Part shown: positions 58,292 through 64,000 of the stretch, piece after piece | Layout of the letters: each line of letters opens with the position of its first letter | Position numbering within the stretch: position 1 is the first letter of the stretch | NCBI GenBank assembly: GCA_043778225.1 | Contig: JAYWGM010000066.1 | Coordinates: 16,674-80,673, forward strand | Origin: Deinococcales bacterium | GTDB lineage: Bacteria > Deinococcota > Deinococci > Deinococcales > JAAFIG01 | Direction: 5' to 3' | Length of the DNA stretch: 64,000 bases | Notes under the pieces: generated by a model | What the model was told of the DNA's origin: nothing | Seen by the model: the letters and a program-made list of their open reading frames with translations, nothing else | The model's database searches: none | Made by a program: the position numbers and the translations under genes

Positions 58292-59313
58292 ACAACTCCT
58301 GATGGGATGATTAGGGTTTTTTGCGAGCCATTTAAGCCAACTTGATTCTTGTACTCGAGTGCCAACTGTAGGTCTTTGATGGGTAATCGGTGGGTGATTA
58401 AGGGTTTAACTTCTATCAGTCCACTGGCTAACCAGCGCAGGGCAATCGGCAGTGTGCCATGCAAGGAGAAACTGCCCAGAATCGTCAGGTCGCGGCGAAA
58501 AACTTCGTATGGACTAATCTGCACCGTTAAATCATCTGGGGCAACGCCGTAGTATAAAATTTTACCGCCTTGGGTGGCGTATTGCGGCAATTGGCTAATG
58601 ACTGCGCCAATACCAGTGGCTTCGGTCACGACATCAAAGCCATATGGCTCGAGGTCAAACAACTGGGTTTTGAGGTCATTATTTGGCTCAAGAACTCGGG
58701 TTGCGCCAAGGGCTTTAGCGACCTCGCGGCGATCAGCATTGGGTTCAATCACCGTCACTTCGCAAACACCAGAAATCAGCAGGGCTTGCATCAGTAAAAT
58801 TCCAATTGGACCCGCCCCAAACAACAAGGCTTTGCTGCCGCTTTCGGGTTGTAAACGCTTGATGCCCCAGGCAATACAGCCCAATGGCTCAGCAAAGGCG
58901 GCTGTCTCGAGGTCGAGCTTGCCAATCGGGTGAACGTTGGTCTGCGGAGCAACCACATACTCGGCAAAACCTCCGGCTCGAGTCACCCCAAGGGCAGCAA
59001 AGTTTTCGCAGTGGTGCTGCATTCCTCGGCGGCAATGGTGGCAACTTCCACAAGAGATATTGGGGTCAAGCGCCACCGCATCGCCTTCTTTGACCGAACG
59101 CACGTTTGCGCCGATTTGGTCAACAATACCTGAAATTTCATGCCCAGCAATTAAAGGAAAAACTGCGCCAAAATGCCCACCATAAAGGTGTAAATCTGTA
59201 CCACAGACACCCGTGGCGGCAACCCGCAGCCGCACTTCGTCAGGGCTAACGGCTGGGTCTGGAACTTGCCTAATCTCAAGGTGATGGGCTTTGGTGATGA
59301 CAGCAGCTTGCAT
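58288..59313 (-). CDS. Zn-dependent alcohol/polyol dehydrogenase
   Basis: GVCGTDLH, GHE, C..C..C.......C, GAGPIG. Confidence 0.9.
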   Translation of the reverse strand: MQAAVITKAHHLEIRQVPDPAVSPDEVRLRVAATGVCGTDLHLYGGHFGAVFPLIAGHEISGIVDQIGANVRSVKEGDAVALDPNISCGSCHHCRRGMQHHCENFAALGVTRAGGFAEYVVAPQTNVHPIGKLDLETAAFAEPLGCIAWGIKRLQPESGSKALLFGAGPIGILLMQALLISGVCEVTVIEPNADRREVAKALGATRVLEPNNDLKTQLFDLEPYGFDVVTEATGIGAVISQLPQYATQGGKILYYGVAPDDLTVQISPYEVFRRDLTILGSFSLHGTLPIALRWLASGLIEVKPLITHRLPIKDLQLALEYKNQVGLNGSQKTLIIPSGVV

Positions 59314-60161
59314 TATTTCACCGCTCCCATGGTCAGACCTTGGACCAATTGACGCTGAGCAGACCAGCCAAATGCCATGACCGGTAAAACCACCAAGGTG
59401 GCTGCCGCCGATAATCCAGCCCAGAATAAACCTTCGGAGGTTTTGAAAGCGCTGATGTAGACCGAAAGTGGAGCAGCATCGGTGTTGGTCAGGTTCAGCG
59501 CAAAAAAGGCTTCGTTCCAAGCAAAAATCAAGCACAGCAGCGCTGTTGAGGCAATGCCGGGGGCAGCCAGAGGCATGGCAATTTTGAGAAATTCTTGTTG
59601 TAAATTTGCACCATCCACCCGTGCCGCCTCGAGAATTTCGATTGGAATTTCGGAAAGGTAAGAGTGCATCATCCAAACCACCAAGGGTAAATTCATGGTG
59701 GTGTACATCAGGGTCAAGCCAAGTACGGTATCGAGCAGTTGTAAATCCTTAAAAATCAGGTACAACGGTACAATCACGCCAACCGGTGGCATCATTTTGG
59801 TCGAGACAATCCATAAAAGTGTGCTGCGGCTGCGCGAATCGGCATAAAACGCCATCGAAAAAGCCGCCGGTAAACCCAGTAAAAACGACAAAACATTTGA
59901 GCCAACAGCCACAATTAGAGAGTTGGTCAGCGCAGGTCCGTACTTGGCAAGGGCAGCCTTAAAATTATCTAAAATCGGCTGAAAAATAAGCACAGGGGGT
60001 GTCTCAAAGGCTTGGTTTTCGGTCTTAAAGGCACTCAAGACCATCCAAGCGATTGGGAAGAAAAACAGCAGGGCGATTGTCCAAGCCAGCAAAGCCAAGG
60101 AAACATTTTTGGCGGTTTGCCATGGCTGACTCGAGATTGATTTTCGGTTTCTGACGATCAT
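59313..60161 (-). CDS. Polyol ABC permease (SmoG/MtlG-like)
   Basis: STKMMPPVG, EAARVDGA, WNEAF, EGLFWA.LSAA. Confidence 0.9.
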   Translation of the reverse strand: MIVRNRKSISSQPWQTAKNVSLALLAWTIALLFFFPIAWMVLSAFKTENQAFETPPVLIFQPILDNFKAALAKYGPALTNSLIVAVGSNVLSFLLGLPAAFSMAFYADSRSRSTLLWIVSTKMMPPVGVIVPLYLIFKDLQLLDTVLGLTLMYTTMNLPLVVWMMHSYLSEIPIEILEAARVDGANLQQEFLKIAMPLAAPGIASTALLCLIFAWNEAFFALNLTNTDAAPLSVYISAFKTSEGLFWAGLSAAATLVVLPVMAFGWSAQRQLVQGLTMGAVK

Positions 60162-61075
60162 GATTTGACCTCTGTGGCGTTGCGATTGACCAGACGTAAA
60201 AAGAATGCGGTCACGATATTGGCGATAATCACGGCAATCACACCCGCCGCCGATGCCATCCCAATGCTGTACTCGGCAAAGGCTTTTTGGAAAATAAAAA
60301 ATGGCAAATTGGTGGTCGCAAGCCCCGGTCCACCACTGGTGGCAATATAAATTTCGCCGTAAATTTGCAAAATAAAAATTGCCTCGAGCAGCACCACGAC
60401 TTCAAAGGCTCTCGACCAGTGCGGCAGCACGATATACCAAAATTCTTGCACTCCACTTGCCCCATCCAAACGGGCTGCCTCGAGTTGGTCGGTTGGTAAA
60501 GACTGCAAGCTGGTCAGCAGAATCAGCATCGCAAATGGAGTCCATTCCCAAGTCACCATCATGATAATCGAAAGCATTGGAAATTGGGCTAACCAGTCAA
60601 TCGCTTCAAAACCAAAGGCTCGAGAAACCACCCCAAACAAGCCAAAGACTGGATTCAGAAGCGAATTTTTCCAAATTAAAGCGGTAATCACGGGCATGAT
60701 AAAAAACGGTCCAATCAAAAGGGTACGAGCCAAACTGCGACCAAAAAACGGACGATTAAACAGCAGTGCCAGTGCCGCCCCCAAAACCACGGTTAAACCA
60801 ATCACGCTTAACACCAGCACCAGCGTATTGATTAAAACAGGAATCGAAAGCGGGTCGGTAAACAGCGTTACATAATTCTCGAGTCCAATAAATGGGCGCT
60901 TAAATGGGTCTACCAAGCTGTAGCGAAACAAGCTGTAGTAAATCGTCATGATAAACGGCACTTGGGTGGTCAGAATCAAGTACCCCAAAGCTGGCACAAG
61001 CAGCAACAGCGCGGGTAGTCTCGAGTTACGCCCTCGTGATTTTTTATTTTGTAATCTGGGATGTTGTACTGTCAT
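60158..61075 (-). CDS. Polyol ABC permease (SmoF/MtlF-like)
   Basis: WEWTPFAMLILL..LQS, EAARLDGA, GGPG.ATTNL. Confidence 0.9.
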   Translation of the reverse strand: MTVQHPRLQNKKSRGRNSRLPALLLLVPALGYLILTTQVPFIMTIYYSLFRYSLVDPFKRPFIGLENYVTLFTDPLSIPVLINTLVLVLSVIGLTVVLGAALALLFNRPFFGRSLARTLLIGPFFIMPVITALIWKNSLLNPVFGLFGVVSRAFGFEAIDWLAQFPMLSIIMMVTWEWTPFAMLILLTSLQSLPTDQLEAARLDGASGVQEFWYIVLPHWSRAFEVVVLLEAIFILQIYGEIYIATSGGPGLATTNLPFFIFQKAFAEYSIGMASAAGVIAVIIANIVTAFFLRLVNRNATEVKS

Positions 61076-61133
61076 AAATAACCTCATAAGCAATTAATTT
61101 TCTATATTTACGAAATCATAAATTTTAGATACG

Positions 61134-61157
61134 TGGGCAGGTATTGCTACCTGCCCA
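61134..61157. repeat. Intergenic hairpin after the binding-protein gene
   Basis: TGGGCAGGTA-ttgc-TACCTGCCCA. Confidence 0.65.
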
Positions 61158-61187
61158 GCGCAAGACTCGAGTGGAGGATGCTCGAGT

Positions 61188-62552
61188 TTACTTCTTGTAA
61201 CCGCCTTCTTTGGCAACTTTTTCGGCGGCTGTCTGTCCAAGTTTTAAGGCTTGGGAAACAGTGTATTGACCAGCCAGCGCACCAGCCACATACTGCCCGA
61301 CTTGTGTGCCTAGGGCTTGGAATTCTGGAATACCGACAAATTGCACACCAACATACGGCACGGGGTCTTTGGTGGCATCGGTTGGATCAGCGCGGTTAAT
61401 TGAATCTAGGGTAATACCCGCAAAGTCTCCTGCGGCTTTTTTGTACTCTGGGTTGGCATAGGTGCTGGCTCGAGTTCCGGGGGGAACACTTGCCCATGTG
61501 CCGTTGGTCTTGGCGACCAAGGCAATGTACTCTTTACTGGTTGCCCAGGTAATAAACTTAAAGGCGGCATCGGCAACTTTGCTCGATTTTGGAATGGCTA
61601 ACGACCATGACCAGAGCCAGTTGCTGCCTTTAGGTGTGCCGGGTCCGATTGGTGCGTTGGCGAAACCGACGGTATCGACAATTTTTGATTGGCGTGGGTC
61701 TTTTAAGAAACCAGCCGCCACGGTCGCATCAATCCACATCCCACATTTATTTTGGCTCATGTAGGTTAGGTTTTCGGTAAAACCGTTGCCTGTTGCGCCC
61801 GGAGCGCCATACTTCTTTTGTAAATTGACATAGAAAGTGAGTGCCTTGGTCCAAGCCGCAGAATTGATGGTTGGATTCCACTTGGTATCAAACCAGCGTC
61901 CGCCAAAGGTATTGACCATGGTGCTAAAAACCGCCATGTTCTCGCCCCAGCCCGGTAAGCCGCGCAAACAGATGCCAAAAAAACCATTTTGGGGTTTGTG
62001 CAGTTTTGCGGCAAAGCCCTGAATTTGGTCCCAAGTTGGTTTGACTGGCATGGTCAGTTTGGCAGCCGCAAAAGCAGCTTTATTGTAAAAAGTCATGCTT
62101 GATTCGGCATAGAACGGCAGTGCATAAAGGCTTTTGTTATACGATAAGCCTAAACGAACAGGTGTTAAAAGGTCAGCAAGGTCATAGCTGGCTTTGATGG
62201 CAGCGTTCTTGTCAAATAAAGTATCGATCGAGTTCAGCCAGCCATTTTTTGCCCAGATTGGCACTTCGTATGTGCCGATGGTGGCGACATCATAGCTACC
62301 AGCCCCAGTGGCAATATCGGTCGTGACTTTTTGGCGCAATTCGTTTTCTGGCAGCACATTCCATTTGAGTTTAATCCCCGGATTGGCGGCTTCAAAAACA
62401 TCGGTCAGGCTTTCCATGGTCTTCATGTCCGAGTTGTTGACGGTCGCAATCGTGACAGTCACTGGTCCTTGGGCTAAAGCGCCTGTGGCTAAAGCGGCAA
62501 TGGCGGCACTTGTTGCTAAACCTGCACTGATGATCCAAACTTTTGATTTCAT
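61188..62552 (-). CDS. Polyol ABC solute-binding protein (SmoE/MtlE-like)
   Basis: TIATVNN.DM, LRQKVTTDIAT, PFYAESS, CLRG.PGWGEN, PYVGVQFV.IPEFQ. Confidence 0.93.
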   Translation of the reverse strand: MKSKVWIISAGLATSAAIAALATGALAQGPVTVTIATVNNSDMKTMESLTDVFEAANPGIKLKWNVLPENELRQKVTTDIATGAGSYDVATIGTYEVPIWAKNGWLNSIDTLFDKNAAIKASYDLADLLTPVRLGLSYNKSLYALPFYAESSMTFYNKAAFAAAKLTMPVKPTWDQIQGFAAKLHKPQNGFFGICLRGLPGWGENMAVFSTMVNTFGGRWFDTKWNPTINSAAWTKALTFYVNLQKKYGAPGATGNGFTENLTYMSQNKCGMWIDATVAAGFLKDPRQSKIVDTVGFANAPIGPGTPKGSNWLWSWSLAIPKSSKVADAAFKFITWATSKEYIALVAKTNGTWASVPPGTRASTYANPEYKKAAGDFAGITLDSINRADPTDATKDPVPYVGVQFVGIPEFQALGTQVGQYVAGALAGQYTVSQALKLGQTAAEKVAKEGGYKK

Positions 62553-62646
62553 ATAATCTCCTATGAAGCTGTCGAGAACGATTGAGAATTTTAAGACCTG
62601 TCTTTTGTTTATTGATAACCTCCTCGAGAAACTGATTAAAAAATCG

Positions 62647-62760
62647 AATGGACACGTGTCCATTTTTATCGTGAACAAGTTTTTCGGCTAAGAAAGCTAT
62701 ATTTCTCGAGTCTCGTTAGGGGCAAGAAATCAAGAACCTGTTTGAATGGTCACGTGGTCA
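62647..62760. promoter_or_regulatory. Paired LacI-type operators
   Basis: Perfect palindrome AATGGACACGTGTCCATT (62647-62664) and variant AATGGTCACGTGGTCA (62745-62760). Confidence 0.8.
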
Positions 62761-62818
62761 GAACTCTACAAGATTGGATTAGGATTTGTAAAGCCCCCTC
62801 GAGCGCTATACTGGTCTC

Positions 62819-63844
62819 GTGACCAGTATCCTTGATGTTGCCAAAAAAGCAGGGGTCTCCCCAACCACCGCCAAGCGTGCGGTCAACCAGCCACATTTGC
62901 TGACCAAAGCCACACTCGAGCGAGTACAGACCGCCATTCAAAACCTCAACTACGAACCAGACCGCACGGCTGGCGCACTGCGGCGTGGACATAGCCAGAC
63001 GATTGGCTTAATGGTCGGGAACATCATCGAACCATTTTTTGCCCAACTGACGCGCACGATCGCTAAAGCAGTTCATGCCAAAGGCTATGCCCTGATTGTT
63101 GCCGACAACGAATACGACACCAGCCTTGAACTCGAGAACTTACGAATGTTTCATGGGCAACGGGTCAGTGGCTTAATCATCCGCTCGGCATTCGGTACGG
63201 GCAACCTTGAGTATTTGCGGCGTTTACAACAACAAGGCACGTACATCCTCGAGATTGACCATTTTTTACCCGAGAGCGGCTTTAGTCACATCATGCTCGA
63301 TAACCACGGTGGAGTCGAGACAGGACTGCGCTATTTATACAACCTAGGACACCGCAAAATTGCCGCCCTGACCGTTTTTGATGCCACCAAATTCCAAGAT
63401 GAACGCGCTCGAGCCTACACCGAAATCATGACCAGCCTTGGCTTAAAAATCCCCCAAGCCTACCAGCGCAGCACCGACCTGACCGAAGAAGGCGCGTATC
63501 AGCGCACCCTCGAGCTATTGCGCTTAGCCGAACCACCGACGGCTATTTTTTCGATGACCGGCAACGAAGCCGCCGGTGCGTTTCGGGCGCTCAAAGAGCA
63601 ACAGCTTCGTATTCCCCAAGATATTTCGTTCTTAACTTTCGATGATTACTCATGGACCAGTCTGGTCGAACCGCCTCTGGATGTGATTACCCAACCAATA
63701 GAAGCCATGGGCTTACGAGCCGCCGAGTTGGTGATTAGTGCGATTGAACGCCGCCAATTGAACGACACACATCTCGAGCGCTTTGCTTGTCGCTTGATTG
63801 TCCGCAGCAGTTGCGCTGCACCACGCCGCCACAAGCTCCATTGA
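62819..63844 (+). CDS. LacI-family regulator of the polyol operon
   Basis: SILDVAKKAGVSPTT HTH; leaderless TATACT-N6-GTG. Confidence 0.94.
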   Translation: MTSILDVAKKAGVSPTTAKRAVNQPHLLTKATLERVQTAIQNLNYEPDRTAGALRRGHSQTIGLMVGNIIEPFFAQLTRTIAKAVHAKGYALIVADNEYDTSLELENLRMFHGQRVSGLIIRSAFGTGNLEYLRRLQQQGTYILEIDHFLPESGFSHIMLDNHGGVETGLRYLYNLGHRKIAALTVFDATKFQDERARAYTEIMTSLGLKIPQAYQRSTDLTEEGAYQRTLELLRLAEPPTAIFSMTGNEAAGAFRALKEQQLRIPQDISFLTFDDYSWTSLVEPPLDVITQPIEAMGLRAAELVISAIERRQLNDTHLERFACRLIVRSSCAAPRRHKLH

Positions 63845-63869
63845 CACACGCCAAACACCCTGATACACT
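63841..63869 (+). promoter_or_regulatory. tRNA promoter
   Basis: TTGACA-N17-TACACT. Confidence 0.75.
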
Positions 63870-63905
63870 TCTTTTCGCCCAAGAAATCGGGCGCTGCCGA
63901 CGCGG

Positions 63906-63979
63906 TGGGGAATCGTCTAATGGCAGGACAACAGTTTCTGGATCTGTTTATCGTGGTTCAAATCCACGTTCCCCAGCCA
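63906..63979 (+). tRNA. tRNA-Gln (anticodon CTG)
   Basis: TGGGGAA/TTCCCCA acceptor stem, anticodon arm ACAGT-TTCTGGA-TCTGT, T-arm CGTGG-TTCAAAT-CCACG, encoded CCA. Confidence 0.93.
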
Positions 63980-64000
63980 AAGCTCTCGAGAACGTCCGCC

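Noticed and set aside
1..64000. CTCGAG abundance as an XhoI cloning or ligation artefact
   Set aside because: Conserved proteins (PrfA, DnaJ, BshA) read intact through the sites in different frames.
63906..64000. tRNA-Gln as an integration site or as a defective tRNA (T-T pair at the base of the anticodon stem)
   Set aside because: No duplicated 3' end or integrase in the window, and one mismatch is not enough to call it defective.

Overview
Bacterial chromosomal segment, most likely Deinococcota, with GC near 50% by eye. The assignment rests on leaderless TANNNT-N5-8-start genes, HspR HAIR boxes at dnaJ and hsp20, bshA and Uma2 paralogs. Core content: dnaJ, prfA, murJ, corA, bshA, ebfC, prmC, jag/khpB, hsp20, tRNA-Gln(CUG), and three LacI-controlled sugar ABC operons (an ADP-ribosylglycohydrolase cluster, an alpha-glucoside/debranching cluster and a polyol cluster). 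Accessory content: a toxin-antitoxin patch at the left end, an AT-rich three-lipoprotein island behind a LuxR-type regulator, and an EcoRV-like restriction-modification pair. Four observations stand out. (1) The palindrome CTCGAG is massively over-represented in all reading frames and between genes, like cyanobacterial HIP1, and it drops out in the foreign island. (2) A LacI-ABC operon carries three ADP-ribosylglycohydrolases, a CitE-like lyase, a CoA-transferase and a ribokinase, suggesting an unassigned catabolic pathway. (3) A Phd/YefM antitoxin domain is fused in frame to a beta-CASP ribonuclease. (4) The lipoprotein/gluzincin island. All calls come from reading the sequence by eye; no searches were run.
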